A DNA stretch of 64,000 nt from Desulfobacterales bacterium (GCA_963674755.2 CAXXVS010000002.1:2496001-2560000), one strand, 5' to 3'; counted from the first letter of the stretch, positions 19,412 to 31,096 are shown. Made by a program: numbers and translations. The notes: generated from the sequence alone by a model not told the origin.

Positions 19412-19828
19412 TTATCGTGGGCCGTTGGCGTTAAAGAAAGTGCCGAAAGCGGCATCGGTCTTGCCGATATGCGCCACCAGCCAGTTCTTGAGAAAACGCA
19501 GCAGATCTTCTTTAAGCAAGGCCCCGCTCCTTTGGTAGGTGGCGATGTAATAGGCGATCTGGGTGACAAAGGCCTGGTGTTCTTCGCGGTGGGAGTCGAG
19601 TTCCGGGTAGCCGTGATCGATCATCATCTCTTCTTCGGCATCGAAATGATCCCCGATATAGTTGGTCAGGGCACCAAGAATCTCGGTCATCTCGTCCCCG
19701 GAGGTCCCCCGGTCCTGGATTTGGATGAGCTGGTTCACGATCGCGACCAGCCGCTGGTGCTGGGTATCGATCTCCGGAATATGAAGCGCCAAACGGTCAT
19801 CCCAGACAATAGGATCCATGTCCGTCAT
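19412..19828 (-). CDS. Bacteriohemerythrin
   Basis: IDTQHQRL, HFDAEE, HREEH, WLVAHI..D. Confidence 0.93.
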   Translation of the reverse strand: MTDMDPIVWDDRLALHIPEIDTQHQRLVAIVNQLIQIQDRGTSGDEMTEILGALTNYIGDHFDAEEEMMIDHGYPELDSHREEHQAFVTQIAYYIATYQRSGALLKEDLLRFLKNWLVAHIGKTDAAFGTFFNANGPR

Positions 19829-21642
19829 TCCTCGATAGAAACGATTTTGGCCACGATCAAGGTCATATCATCGGTCCGCCTGGTGCCACAAGCATGGGCG
19901 GCCGACGCATCGAACAGCGCTCCGAGGATGGCCTCGGCCGGCTGATCGCGACGCTCGCGCAGGATGTCGCGCACCTTGGCTTTCCCGAGCATGCGTCCCC
20001 CGCAGTCCATCGTCTCCCAGACGCCGTCCGTTCCGAGCAGAATAATATCCCCGGGCTGCAGCCCGGACGTTTGCTGCGTCCGATAGATCCACGCGGGATC
20101 GACCCCCAGGGCCATCCCCGGGCCGCCCAGATCGTCGAAGCGATCCTGGCCGCGTCGGTAAAGCATGCCCGGATCGTGCCCCGCCCGGACCCACCGGAGC
20201 TCACTATGGGCCCTGTCGACCAGCAGGGCCAGCAGGGTCATAAAGCGTCCCGAATCCCCCACATCCAAGGCAATCTGGCGATTGACATCGGAGACCACAC
20301 GTCCGATATCATCGCGGCCGTCATAGCGCTGGCGCAAGCCCGCCCTGACCGAACTCATGAGCAGGGCCGAGGGGATGCCGTGCCCGGCCACGTCGCCGAT
20401 GACCAGCTGCAGCGCATCCCCGTCGGTCAGGTAGTCGAAATAATCACCACCGGTCTCCTCGCAGTATTCACTGCGGCCGGCCACATCCAATCCCGGAAAA
20501 GCAGGCGCCCGGGCCGGGAGCAGGTTTTGCTGCACCTCTTTGGCCAAATCCAGGGACTGCAGGAGATGGGCCCGTTCCTTGAGTTGGGCGGCCATGGTGT
20601 TGAAGTTGTGGGTCAGGGCCCCAATTTCATCCTCGCTGCGCTCCGGCAGGGCCAGGTCGAATCGGCCGCGGGCAATATCCCCGGCGGCGACGGAGAGCTG
20701 GTTGACCGATTGGGCCACCTGACCGGCCACGCGGCGGATGAGCAGCAGAATGACCAGCACGAAACCACCCAGCGTCAGGAAATAGTATTTGCGGAAACGA
20801 AGGATGGGGCTGAGAATCTCTTCGCCGGGGGCCAAAACGACGATATACCACGGGGCTTCTTCGAGCCGGCAGAAGCCGCTGATCTCACGCGGCGGATGCC
20901 CTTGGCCCCGCAGTGTACCGGAATCGGTTTTCTGCATAGCGGCCAGGGTTTCCTCTTCCACCGGATCCCCCGTTCCGCCCAGTTGTTTGCGCCCACCGCC
21001 CGCCATGCTGACAAAAATCTGGCCGGCGCGGTCGGTCAGGAACGTTTTCTGGCTATGCCACCAACGGGCAAAGGGCATGTCCTGGAGAAGATAATCGAAA
21101 TCCAGAACCACCTCGATCTCGACATCGGCCGACGGCTTGTCGCTCACGGCGCGTGTTATGAGGGACACCGTACGATCATCCGTATCCGGGTTGTAATGCG
21201 GTTCAGTGATGGTAAACTCCCGTCCGCGCCCCATCGGCCCGGAGGCACGCCCCAGCCCGGCGTTCATCCGGCCCATGCCGCCGCCGGCCCCATGGGTATC
21301 CCGGCCGGTGGCGGCGGACACGCGCTGACCGTTGCGGTAGACCGCCATCACCCCCGGGTGGTCGGCGAGTTCCTTGAGGATGTCGATCCCCCCGGCCGGC
21401 GGACGCTGGTCGTTCTCCATCAATTTCAAATACAGGTTGACCCGTTCCTTGGGCCGCGCCAGCCGCAGGTCCACATGGTGGGCGGCCAGCCGCAGCCTGA
21501 GGATGGCGGCCTCCTCCCATTGGGTAATAATGGCATTGCGGCCGTAGACAAATCCCACGGCCCCCATAACGCAAAGGAGGAGCGCCACGGGAAGGAGCAT
21601 AGAGACTACGAAGCGCTGCTGCAGGGTTTTAATTTTCAGCAT
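19825..21642 (-). CDS. Membrane sensor with HAMP and SpoIIE/PP2C phosphatase domains
   Basis: TM helices, DEIGAL..FN.M HAMP, GGDYFD, GDVAGHG, TDGVWE, DDMT. Confidence 0.9.
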   Translation of the reverse strand: MLKIKTLQQRFVVSMLLPVALLLCVMGAVGFVYGRNAIITQWEEAAILRLRLAAHHVDLRLARPKERVNLYLKLMENDQRPPAGGIDILKELADHPGVMAVYRNGQRVSAATGRDTHGAGGGMGRMNAGLGRASGPMGRGREFTITEPHYNPDTDDRTVSLITRAVSDKPSADVEIEVVLDFDYLLQDMPFARWWHSQKTFLTDRAGQIFVSMAGGGRKQLGGTGDPVEEETLAAMQKTDSGTLRGQGHPPREISGFCRLEEAPWYIVVLAPGEEILSPILRFRKYYFLTLGGFVLVILLLIRRVAGQVAQSVNQLSVAAGDIARGRFDLALPERSEDEIGALTHNFNTMAAQLKERAHLLQSLDLAKEVQQNLLPARAPAFPGLDVAGRSEYCEETGGDYFDYLTDGDALQLVIGDVAGHGIPSALLMSSVRAGLRQRYDGRDDIGRVVSDVNRQIALDVGDSGRFMTLLALLVDRAHSELRWVRAGHDPGMLYRRGQDRFDDLGGPGMALGVDPAWIYRTQQTSGLQPGDIILLGTDGVWETMDCGGRMLGKAKVRDILRERRDQPAEAILGALFDASAAHACGTRRTDDMTLIVAKIVSIEE

Positions 21643-22011
21643 GGGCGCGCGCCAACCTTATCATCTGCGGATCATGGCCCCGGTTCGGAAAGCGCCTGAT
21701 GGCAGCAGGGCGGCTTGCCCTGGGTGATTTTGGCCACCCGGTAACGAAATCTCTGGCCTGGTAGACTTTGATGCCGATGCCCACGAAAAGACCTCCCGCC
21801 TTGGGGAACCGATCATTGGGTAGCAGCCCCCATGATCGTCAATGGCGGCGAGCTTGTCAAGACGCGTCCAGTCCGGGTTTTGATCTTTCGGTATCGCGGG
21901 GCGTTCAGGTCTCGCTATCGACCTCCGGATAGAGCCGGGCCATGCAGTCGGGGCAAACCCCGTGGGTAAACTGGGCTTCCGATTGTTCGGCGATGTAAGC
22001 TTCGAGCGGAT

Positions 22012-25000
22012 TTATTCCTTTTGATCAAGGACTTCCCGCACCATTTGCAGCATTTCCGGAAGATGGAAGGGTTTGGCGATAAACCCGCGCGCACCTTTTT
22101 CAAGCGTCTCCCGGACGGTACCTCTGGGGGAATAGCCGCTGGCGACGATGACCCGGGGGGGCTTGTCGTGCGCCATCAGCTGGGTCAGGCAATTGGCCCC
22201 ACCCATGCCGGGCATGTTCAGGTCCAGGATCACCAGACCGATCTCCGCCCCCCGGCGCGCATGAATCTCGAGACCTTCCTCGCCGCTGGCCGCCTCCAGG
22301 ACCGTGTAGCCGAAGCGCCCGAGCAGATCGCGACCCAGCCGGCGGACCACGGCGTCGTCATCGACGATCAGGATGGTTTCCCCCCCGCCGACCAATTCCG
22401 CTTGCGGGGCCGAGGTCTCCTGATCTATCACTGCCAGCCCGGCCACCGGGAAGTAGATTGTGAATATCGTCCCCTGCCCCTTCGCGCTCGTGCAGGTAAC
22501 CGCCCCCCCATGGCTCGTGACGATGCCATATACCGTGGCCAACCCCAGGCCGGTGCCTGAACCGGTTTCACGGGTGGTAAAAAAGGGCTCGAAAATATGC
22601 TGCCGGGTTTTTTCGTCCATCCCGGCGCCGGTATCGCTGATGGTCAATTGAACGAATTCACCGGGCGAAACCGCCAGGCGACGGCCGTCTTCATCTTCCA
22701 AGCGGACCTTGGCCGTCTCGAAAACCAGCCGCCCGCCATCCGGCATGGCATGGCCGGCGTTGATGCCGATGTTCATGATCACCTGCTCCAACTGGACCTT
22801 ATCGACCCGGATGATGGGCAGATTATGCCGAAGGCGGGTTTCGATCTGAATCATCTTGGGCAGGGTACGCTCCAGGAGGCGGCAGGTTTCCCGGATTTCG
22901 CGATTGAGGTTCAGGGGCACGGGATTGCTTTCGATCTTGCGGCTGAACGTCAGTAGTTGGCGCGTCAGTTCCTCGGCATGACGCGCGGCTTGTCGGATGG
23001 TGGCCAACATTTCCCTGTCCTGCCTAGGTCGGGCCTCGTCCATCAGCAAAAGTTGGGTAAATCCCGATATGGCCTGCAAACTGTTGTTGAAATCATGAGC
23101 GATACCGCCCGCCAGCGTGCCCACAGCCTCCATTTTCTGGGATTGCAGCAGCTGGGCTTCCAGTCGTTTCTGGGAAGTGATGTCCCTCAGGAATACGATG
23201 ATGGCCGGCTGGTCCTCCCACTCGATCCGGACGGCATTGACTTCGACCCACTTTACATCGCCGTCCCGGGTCATCAGCCGGATGCTGTAGCTTTGGGGCA
23301 GCTCTTCCCCGGCTAAGCACCCCATGTGCCTGGCGATGACAAGCGCCCGGTCGTCGGCGTGGACCATCTCGGCAAAGTCCTGCTCCAGCAAATCCTTTTC
23401 GTCATACCCCAGAAATACCTGGGCCGTTCGGTTGGCAAAACGCAGCTGCATATCCTGAATCACCAGGATGGCATCGTGGGCGTTTTCCACCACCTGCCGG
23501 TATTTTTCCTCCGAACGGCGCAGCACCTCTTCGGCCTCCTTACGCTCGGTGATGTCCCGCCCCTCCGGAATCAGCATGACCACGCGGCCATCGGGGTCAT
23601 TGACCGGCTTGAGGGAAAAATCGATGTAATGCCGGCTATCGTTCCGGGCGATATGGACGGTTTCGAAACGGCAGAATTCACCGCCGGCGGCCCGCCGAAC
23701 AACATCTTTTATCCGCGCCGCACTCGCGGCGTCGTGCGGCCAGAAGGGCGCCTCCCATAACGGACGGCCGACGATATCGGCCGCGCACAGACCGAAAAAG
23801 TCCAACGCCGTCTGGTTGGCCTCCTGAACGACGCCGTCGGGATCCAGAACACCGGTCAACTGAAAGGTCTGATTGAAAATGGCCTGGAACTTGAGGCGGC
23901 TTTCCTGCAGGACAGCCTCGGTTTGTCGGCGCTCCTCGATTTCGGCCACCAGATCCCGATGGTAGGTTTGCAGTCGCGCCATGAAATCATTAAACATGCC
24001 GCCCAGACGGCCGATTTCGTCACCCCCGGTGACCGGCACCCGGGCTTCGTAGTCGCCGTTCCGCCCGCGTGCGATCATCGCCATGAGATCTTTGAGCGGA
24101 CTGGTAATGCTGGTACTGATCCACAGGGTCAGAACGATGCAAAGGCAAACGGCCGCTAGGATAAAAACGAATAGGATATCGCGTGCCTGCTCGACCGGGG
24201 CATAGATCACATCGATATAGTCGGTGGCCCCCACGATCCAGCCGTACTCGGGGATCGAACCATAATAGACCAGTCTTTCGCGGGCCTGTGCCTTCCCGGG
24301 ATCATGCCTGGTGTAGGTCAGACGGCCGGACTTCTCCGCCAGCATGTGTTCGAAAACCGCCCGGGGCATTTCCATCTCAAAAACAGATCCGCCGTCGAGC
24401 CGCGGATGGATGACCGCTTGACCGGTTCGGTCGGCGACAAACACATAACCGCTGGGGCTTGGCTTAAAGGACAGCACGCTGCTGCGGAGGTCCTGCATGG
24501 GCAGCAGGGACTTGAACTCGTCCCGATAGGCCGAAACGGAAATGATCCAGTCAAAGGGCTCGAAATAGACCATATAAAGCACCTTGGCGCGCGCCACCGG
24601 TTCTCCCGGGTTGCGCCATTCGTATTCGATATACCCTTCTTTGCGGCGGATCTGTTCGGCGGACAGCGGATATTGGGAAAGATCCTTCCCTTCCATGTCG
24701 GCTTTGGGATGGACCACGGCCACGGCCCGGCTGTCAATACAGAAAATATAACCGGTTTGACCGATCACCTGGGCCATCAGCACACGTCGAATCCGTCGAC
24801 GGGCTTCCGCCATGGTCATCTCGCCGGCCAGGGCCTGGTGGTAGAGCAACGCGGCAATCCGGCGATTGTATTCGGCGATGGATTTGAGGTGGGTCTTGAT
24901 GGCGGTCGTGGCGTTGGTTTCCACCAGATTGGCAATGGAATCGGTGGCCTGTTGAAAATCGGACTCGATATGGGAGCGGATAATGGCCCGCGTCAGGTAA

Positions 25001-25128
25001 ATCGCACCCAAACCGCCGATCACGAGCATCGGGATTAAAAGCCCGATATAAACGACGAGCAGCTTGCCGCGTATCTGCATATTCCCAAAGACGGAGAATC
25101 CGCCCATTGCTGACGTTCCCTGTGTCAT
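22012..25128 (-). CDS. Hybrid histidine kinase (Cache-HAMP-PAS-PAS-HisKA-HATPase-REC)
   Basis: GYIEYEW Cache, GIAHDFNN, GTGLGLA, C-terminal receiver LDLNMP. Confidence 0.93.
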   Translation of the reverse strand: MTQGTSAMGGFSVFGNMQIRGKLLVVYIGLLIPMLVIGGLGAIYLTRAIIRSHIESDFQQATDSIANLVETNATTAIKTHLKSIAEYNRRIAALLYHQALAGEMTMAEARRRIRRVLMAQVIGQTGYIFCIDSRAVAVVHPKADMEGKDLSQYPLSAEQIRRKEGYIEYEWRNPGEPVARAKVLYMVYFEPFDWIISVSAYRDEFKSLLPMQDLRSSVLSFKPSPSGYVFVADRTGQAVIHPRLDGGSVFEMEMPRAVFEHMLAEKSGRLTYTRHDPGKAQARERLVYYGSIPEYGWIVGATDYIDVIYAPVEQARDILFVFILAAVCLCIVLTLWISTSITSPLKDLMAMIARGRNGDYEARVPVTGGDEIGRLGGMFNDFMARLQTYHRDLVAEIEERRQTEAVLQESRLKFQAIFNQTFQLTGVLDPDGVVQEANQTALDFFGLCAADIVGRPLWEAPFWPHDAASAARIKDVVRRAAGGEFCRFETVHIARNDSRHYIDFSLKPVNDPDGRVVMLIPEGRDITERKEAEEVLRRSEEKYRQVVENAHDAILVIQDMQLRFANRTAQVFLGYDEKDLLEQDFAEMVHADDRALVIARHMGCLAGEELPQSYSIRLMTRDGDVKWVEVNAVRIEWEDQPAIIVFLRDITSQKRLEAQLLQSQKMEAVGTLAGGIAHDFNNSLQAISGFTQLLLMDEARPRQDREMLATIRQAARHAEELTRQLLTFSRKIESNPVPLNLNREIRETCRLLERTLPKMIQIETRLRHNLPIIRVDKVQLEQVIMNIGINAGHAMPDGGRLVFETAKVRLEDEDGRRLAVSPGEFVQLTISDTGAGMDEKTRQHIFEPFFTTRETGSGTGLGLATVYGIVTSHGGAVTCTSAKGQGTIFTIYFPVAGLAVIDQETSAPQAELVGGGETILIVDDDAVVRRLGRDLLGRFGYTVLEAASGEEGLEIHARRGAEIGLVILDLNMPGMGGANCLTQLMAHDKPPRVIVASGYSPRGTVRETLEKGARGFIAKPFHLPEMLQMVREVLDQKE

Positions 25129-25241
25129 ATCTACCCTGGCGCCAGACCAATTGGTGGCATGTGCCGATCCATCTTAAAATGCCCCCGGGAAAGGGCAGTC
25201 GTAGCCGTCACTATGGGATATCGGGATTCCACCTTGGAACT

Positions 25242-26071
25242 TTAGCGGACAATACCGAGGCGGACCTCGCCCCCTTCCCGCAATCCTTGCGCAACATCGA
25301 TCAGGCCACACTCAATGGGCTTGGGGGCCGCCTGCGGATCGATCAGTTCAGTCCACTTCATGCGCCCCTCGATGTCGCCCCGGGTGTAGCCCACCAGATC
25401 GGCAAACCCCTGATTGGCCATCGAAAGGGTCGTATCCTGCTCGCTGAGCACCGCACCGGTGCCGGTGTTGTCGAAAACGGCCCGGTAGCGCTGCTCACTG
25501 AGTCGCAGGGCGTCCTCCACCCGCTGTTTGTCTTTCAGCTGTGTCTGTACCTCTTGCGGAGGATAATCTCATGCTGCCGGTGTTCGGAGATATCCCGCGA
25601 GACACTGACCACACAGGCCTCCCTGCCGATCTCCACCTGGCGGCCGGAAATTTCGAAGGGCTGCGAGCGGCCGTCTTTGATGGTGATATGCGCTTGGAAG
25701 CCGCGTACTTCGCCGTTCTCCCGCAAAAGGTTGACATACTGCCGACGATCTTCCTTATCCGCCCAAAGGTTGATGTCGAGAACCGTCCGGCCCACGACTT
25801 CTTCCCGACGATAGCCCGAAGTCTGTGTGAAGGAGTCGCTGATATCCAGGATCAAGCCGTCCTTCAGACGAGAAATTATCAGGTTGTCCGGACTTGAGAT
25901 GAGGGCGGCCGCCAGAACATGTGAATCTTGCAAATGGGCACTGGCGCTCGACGCCTGCACCCTGAGGCGTTCTTCCAAGTCGGCAATGCGAGCGTCAGTT
26001 CCTCGTAGCTGGGACGACGGGCCATGGGAATTCCTCGCGCCGTGCAAATGGCTTGATGGCAGGCATTTCAA
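25242..26071 (-). pseudogene. Frameshifted, truncated multi-PAS sensor
   Basis: PAS in 25535-26071; second PAS linker (QEVQTQLKDKQRVEDALRLSEQRYRAVFDN) in another frame; no output domain. Confidence 0.7.
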
Positions 26072-26312
26072 CGCTTGGGCGGAAAAACAAGAACCCTTTT
26101 TGCATGTACATCTCCGGATCGGTGCTGAATCCGGTCCGAAGCAGGGTGTCCCCTCACTTCAAAGAGGTGTGGCATATCGATGCCGACCTTAAAAAATTGT
26201 ATCATTTTTAATAACTTAAAATGTTAAGCGCTTCTGCAAAGAAATTCGAGGCCCGCGCGCGGCTAAAAACCTTCATAAGGAGGATTTCCCTCGGCTTTCA
26301 GGCGAATTGGGA

Positions 26313-26341
26313 TTGACACGCTTTCCGCTCCTGATTAAGAA
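26313..26341 (+). promoter_or_regulatory. Putative sigma70 promoter
   Basis: TTGACA-N17-TAAGAA upstream of acyl-CoA ligase. Confidence 0.45.
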
Positions 26342-26534
26342 AATGTGGCATCCGGCCGGACAGCCGCCTGTTCTGCAATTTCCATCACGACGGCGCACCG
26401 CTCAAACACCAGCCGCGATCCGATAAATCGGTCTTAAAAGGCGCCTTGCCCTGCGCCTTAAACCCATTTGCATCCGTTCCGACATCCGGTGCGTGAGTTA
26501 TTTCAATCTCAGCCTTAGGCGAGGAGGATTGCGC

Positions 26535-28283
26535 ATGCATGTCAACACCTGGCCCACCGACTGCTGGCCCGAAGACGTACCGCGCAATATCACCGGATAC
26601 AGCAAACCACTCTTTTCCATCCTCGATGAGACCGCCGCCGAATATGGCGATCAGGTCTACACCATCTTCAGCGGGGCCACCCGAACCTTCGGTCAGGTGC
26701 AGGAGACCGCCAACCGCGTGGCCAATTTCCTGATTGACCGCGGCATCCGCAAGGGCGACCGGGTGGCCATCTTTCTTCCCAATCTGGCGCACTACCCGAT
26801 GGTTTATTTCGGAATCCTCAAGGCCGGGGCCGTGTGCGTCACCTGCAACCCCCTTTACACGGCCGGGGAGCTCAACTACCAGCTCAAGGATGCCGGCGCC
26901 AAAGCCCTCTTCTGCATGGATCACCCCCAGTTCTACCCCGTCACGGTGGCGGCTGTTCAGGACACGGATATCGAGACCGTGGTCATCTGCAGCGTCAAAT
27001 CCATCCTCCCGACGCTGAAAGGCTTCATCGGCGGCCTGCTCGGCAAAATTCCCAAAGCCGGCCGCTATACCGCCGGCCATCTATTCTTCGACCAGATTAT
27101 AAAGCAGGCCCGACCCCGGGCACCGGTCATCGAGATCGATCCCGAAAGGGATTTGGCGGTAATCATCTACACCGGCGGCACCACCGGCGTTCCCAAGGGG
27201 GCCGCCCTTACCCACGCCAACCTCGTCTTCGATGTCATGGCATTGGATCAATGGGTTCGCATCCCGCAGAAGCCGGGAGGCCGGCCGGAGCAATTGCGTC
27301 GAGGCGGTTTTCACTGCTTCTTAGGCGTTCTTCCGATGTACCACAGCTTCGGAATGACAATCATAATGCTCTGGTCCTGCCTTATTGCCAGCCGTCTGGT
27401 GTGCATTCCGGATCCCCGAGCCGGCAACCCACCTTTTACCGAAGTTCTCAAGGCGGTGGAAGACAACAAAGCCACTATACTGTCAGCCGTACCAACTATC
27501 TTCGTAGCCTTCAACAACCATCCCCTGCTGGATAAGTTCGACCTGTCCTCCATCATGGGCTGCGGCTCCGGCGGCGCCCCCATGCCGGTGGAGGTGGCCA
27601 AGACCTTCGAGGAAAAAACCGGTTCGGTGATCTTTGAGTGCTATGGGTTGAGTGAAACCGCGCCGCTGGCCACCGGCAATCCCACCGACAAGCATTCGCG
27701 GCGTTTCGGTACGGTCGGATTTCCCATCTCCAATACGGATGTTAAAATCATGGATCTCGCCACCGGAACCGAAGAGCTGCCCCGCGGGAAGGATGGCGAG
27801 ATCGCTATCAGCGGCCCCCAGGTGATGCAGGGCTACTGGAACAAACCCGAAGAGAACGTCGCTGTATTCCGCGATGTCCGAGGCCGACGCTATTTTCTTA
27901 CGGGAGATATCGGCCATGTGGACGAGGACGGCTACATCGTCATCACGGACCGTAAAAAGGACATGATCATCGTGGGGGGGTTCAACTGCTATCCGCGCGA
28001 AGTCGAGGAGGTCTTGTATACCCATCCCAAGGTCGCCCTGGCGGCCGTGGTGGGTGTGCCTGATCTCAAAAGCGGCGAGGCCGTTAAGGCCTTTATCCAG
28101 CTGGTACCCGGTGCGAGCGCCACGGAAGAAGAGATCATCGGCTACTGCCGGGAGCACCTGGCCGGTTACAAGCGCCCCCGCCGTGTCGAATTCCGTGAGG
28201 CCCTGCCCACATCGGTGATCGGCAAGGTTTTGCGGCGTGTTTTGCGGGACGAAGAGCACGAAAAAGCGCAAAAGGAGACGTAA
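26535..28283 (+). CDS. Long-chain fatty acid--CoA ligase
   Basis: YTGGTTGVPKG, YGLSET, TGDIG, GKVLRR; GAGGAGG RBS. Confidence 0.93.
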   Translation: MHVNTWPTDCWPEDVPRNITGYSKPLFSILDETAAEYGDQVYTIFSGATRTFGQVQETANRVANFLIDRGIRKGDRVAIFLPNLAHYPMVYFGILKAGAVCVTCNPLYTAGELNYQLKDAGAKALFCMDHPQFYPVTVAAVQDTDIETVVICSVKSILPTLKGFIGGLLGKIPKAGRYTAGHLFFDQIIKQARPRAPVIEIDPERDLAVIIYTGGTTGVPKGAALTHANLVFDVMALDQWVRIPQKPGGRPEQLRRGGFHCFLGVLPMYHSFGMTIIMLWSCLIASRLVCIPDPRAGNPPFTEVLKAVEDNKATILSAVPTIFVAFNNHPLLDKFDLSSIMGCGSGGAPMPVEVAKTFEEKTGSVIFECYGLSETAPLATGNPTDKHSRRFGTVGFPISNTDVKIMDLATGTEELPRGKDGEIAISGPQVMQGYWNKPEENVAVFRDVRGRRYFLTGDIGHVDEDGYIVITDRKKDMIIVGGFNCYPREVEEVLYTHPKVALAAVVGVPDLKSGEAVKAFIQLVPGASATEEEIIGYCREHLAGYKRPRRVEFREALPTSVIGKVLRRVLRDEEHEKAQKET

Positions 28284-29710
28284 TGACCGATTTCAGTGAG
28301 TTGACCCGCCTGGATGCCATTGCCCAGGCCGAACGGGTGCGGAGAAAAGACATTCAGGCGATCGAGCTGGTGGATGCCGCCATCGAACGCATCGAGGCCG
28401 TCAATCCCAAGCTCAACGCCGTCGTGACGAAGATGTTCGACCAGGCGCGGGAAGCCGCCCGGAGGCCTTTGCCGGAAGGGCCTTTTACCGGCGTGCCGTT
28501 TCTCCTGAAGGACATCCTCGGCATGTGCAAAGGTGTCCCCATGACCGTTGGGTCCAAGCTCCTGCGCGATCTCGTCCCCGACCACGACAGCGAACTGGTA
28601 AACCGCTTGCGGCAGGCCGGTTTGATTTTCGTGGGCAAGACCAATGTACCGGAATTCGGTACTCTGCCCACAACGGAATCCCAATTGTTCGGCCCCTGCC
28701 GCAACCCCTGGGATACCACCCGCAGCACCGGGGGCTCCAGCGGGGGCTCGGCCGCGGCCGTGGCTTCGGGGATGGTCCCCATGGCGCACGCCAACGACGG
28801 GGGCGGGTCGATTCGGATACCGGCGTCCTGCTGCGGTCTCTTCGGTCTGAAACCGACCCGGGCCCGCAATCCTTTGGGGCCTGATTTCGGAGAAGGCTGG
28901 GGCGGACTGATGGCCGAGCATGCCCTGACCCGATCCGTACGCGACAGTGCCGCCCTGCTGGACGCCACGGCCGGCCCCGAGCTTGGCGATCCTTACTGGG
29001 CGCCCCCGGCCAAACGTCCCTTTTCAAGGGAAGTCGGCGCCGATCCGGGCGTCCTGCGCATCGCCCATGCGATTTCTCCGGATTTTCCGGTTCACGCGGA
29101 TTGCCGCCGGGCGGCGGAAGAAGCGATGGCCCTGTGCCGCGACCTGGGCCACCATATCGAGGAATTGCCCCTGGCGCTCGATGTCCCTTTCGAGCACTTT
29201 GCATCCTGTGTGCGGGTCGTCATTGCCGCGGGAACGGCCTCAGTCCTCAAAATGCTGGGCGCCGGCCCGGGCCAGGTGGAGCCCATGACCTGGGCCCTGT
29301 ATGAGATGGCCCGAAACATCGACGGAGCAGACTACGTCCTGGCGCTGGAACAGCTCCAGCGCAGCTCCCGCACGATTGCGGGCTGGTTTAAGCATTATGA
29401 TGTACTGCTGGCCCCGACCGTCCCGGAACCGCCGCCGTTGCTGGGCTCCTTCGATCCGGCACCGGAAAATCCCCTCCAGGGGTTCGACCGGGCCGGACAC
29501 TATGTTCACCTGAACCCCCTCGCCAACGTCACCGGCCAGCCGGCCATGTCCGTGCCGTTGTTCTGGAATGAGGCGGAGCTGCCCATCGGCGTCCACTTCA
29601 TGGGCCGCTTCGGCGATGAGGCCACCCTGTTTCGCCTGGCCGCGCAACTGGAAGCCGCCCAACCCTGGGCACACCGGACACCGCCCATCCATGCCGCCGC
29701 TGGCGACTGA
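28283..29710 (+). CDS. Amidase-signature family amidase
   Basis: [37 protein letters not shown] overlap with ligase. Confidence 0.93.
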   Translation: MTDFSELTRLDAIAQAERVRRKDIQAIELVDAAIERIEAVNPKLNAVVTKMFDQAREAARRPLPEGPFTGVPFLLKDILGMCKGVPMTVGSKLLRDLVPDHDSELVNRLRQAGLIFVGKTNVPEFGTLPTTESQLFGPCRNPWDTTRSTGGSSGGSAAAVASGMVPMAHANDGGGSIRIPASCCGLFGLKPTRARNPLGPDFGEGWGGLMAEHALTRSVRDSAALLDATAGPELGDPYWAPPAKRPFSREVGADPGVLRIAHAISPDFPVHADCRRAAEEAMALCRDLGHHIEELPLALDVPFEHFASCVRVVIAAGTASVLKMLGAGPGQVEPMTWALYEMARNIDGADYVLALEQLQRSSRTIAGWFKHYDVLLAPTVPEPPPLLGSFDPAPENPLQGFDRAGHYVHLNPLANVTGQPAMSVPLFWNEAELPIGVHFMGRFGDEATLFRLAAQLEAAQPWAHRTPPIHAAAGD

Positions 29711-29763
29711 CACACCGAACGGCGGTTAGCCCCTCGGGAGAGCCAACCGCCGCAGTCCGCATA

Positions 29764-30882
29764 TCAAGACGTGTGTTCCAGCAGAATCCGCAGCATCCGC
29801 CGCAGGGGTTCGGCCGCCCCCCACAGGAGCTGGTCCCCCACGGAAAAGGCGGTCAGATATTCCGGCCCGATCGTCAGCTTGCGCAACCGGCCCACCGGCA
29901 CCGTGAGCGTGCCGGTCACCTTGGCCGGCGTCAATTCCCGCAGGGTGATGTCCTTCTCGTTGGGGATCACCGCAACCCAATCGTTGTGTCCGGCGATCAA
30001 GGCCTCGATGTCATCCAGGGGCAGGTCGCGCCGCAACTTGATGGTGAAGGCCTGGCTGTGGCAGCGCATGGCGCCGATGCGAACGCATTGGCCGTCGATG
30101 GGTACGGGGTTGCCCTGGCGGCCCAGGATCTTGTTGGTTTCGGCATAGCCCTTCCACTCCTCCCGGGTCTGACCGTTTTCCATGGGGCGGTCGATCCAGG
30201 GGATCAGGCTGGCCGCCAACGGGGCGCCGAACTGGGCCACCGGGAAATCCCCGCTACGCAGGGTGTCGGTGACCCGCTGATCCAGGGCTTTGATGGCGGA
30301 AGCCGGATCGTTCAGCAGGGCCTCCGCTTCACTCCCGATGGTGTGCATCTGGGCCACCAGTTCGCGCATGTTGTTGGCCCCGGCGCCGGAAGCCGCCTGG
30401 TAGGTCATGGAGGTCAGCCATTCCACAAGGTCCTTCGCGAACAGGCCGCCTAAGGCCATGAGCATCAGGGATACGGTGCAGTTGCCGCCGATAAAATCTT
30501 TGACGCCCTCGGTCAGGGCCTTGTCGATGACCTGCCGGTTGACCGGATCGAGCACGATCACGCTGGCGGGATCCATCCGCAGGGTCGAAGCGGCATCGAT
30601 CCAGTAGCCCGGCCAGCCGTTTTGCCGCAGTGCCGGATGGGTCTTCTCGGTATAGCCACCGCCCTGGCAGGACACGATGATCTCCATCTGCGCCAGACGC
30701 GCCAGATCGAAGGCATCTTCCACCAAAGGCACGTCCCGGCCGATGTCAGGCCCCTTCTGCCCCGCCTGGGAAGTTGAAAAGAAATAGGGATCGTAACCGC
30801 TGAAATCGTCTTCCGCCTGCATACGATCCATGAGGACCGAGCCGACCATTCCCCGCCATCCGATAAAGCCGACACGTTTCAT
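29764..30882 (-). CDS. asd: Aspartate-semialdehyde dehydrogenase
   Basis: [39 protein letters not shown]. Confidence 0.97.
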   Translation of the reverse strand: MKRVGFIGWRGMVGSVLMDRMQAEDDFSGYDPYFFSTSQAGQKGPDIGRDVPLVEDAFDLARLAQMEIIVSCQGGGYTEKTHPALRQNGWPGYWIDAASTLRMDPASVIVLDPVNRQVIDKALTEGVKDFIGGNCTVSLMLMALGGLFAKDLVEWLTSMTYQAASGAGANNMRELVAQMHTIGSEAEALLNDPASAIKALDQRVTDTLRSGDFPVAQFGAPLAASLIPWIDRPMENGQTREEWKGYAETNKILGRQGNPVPIDGQCVRIGAMRCHSQAFTIKLRRDLPLDDIEALIAGHNDWVAVIPNEKDITLRELTPAKVTGTLTVPVGRLRKLTIGPEYLTAFSVGDQLLWGAAEPLRRMLRILLEHTS

Positions 30883-30928
30883 CTTCTGCACTCCTTTTTC
30901 TGGGTAAATGAAAAACAGGGCGCCAAAT

Positions 30929-30970
30929 GAAAAAGCCTCTCTGAACCCCGGTGCCGGTTCAGAAAGGCTT
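30929..30970 (-). terminator. Attenuator terminator upstream of asd
   Basis: AAGCCTTTCTGAACC-GGCACCGG-GGTTCAGAGAGGCTT then TTTCATTT on minus strand. Confidence 0.88.
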
Positions 30971-30991
30971 ACATTGCTTTGGATTCAATTC

Positions 30992-31096
30992 CTAGCGCCG
31001 CTTCCCGAACCAACCCCTTCCCGGGCGGGTCATTATGGTGGCGCCCCGCTTGGTGCCGGTGTGTGTTTTGGTTTTGGTCAGGTGGAGCGTCGGCAT
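30992..31096 (-). CDS. Putative asd leader peptide (34 aa, Thr/Lys-rich)
   Basis: MPTLHLTKTKTHTGTKRGATIMTRPGRGWFGKRR*; AAAGG 5 nt upstream; 3' part contains the antiterminator strand. Confidence 0.75.
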   Translation of the reverse strand: MPTLHLTKTKTHTGTKRGATIMTRPGRGWFGKRR

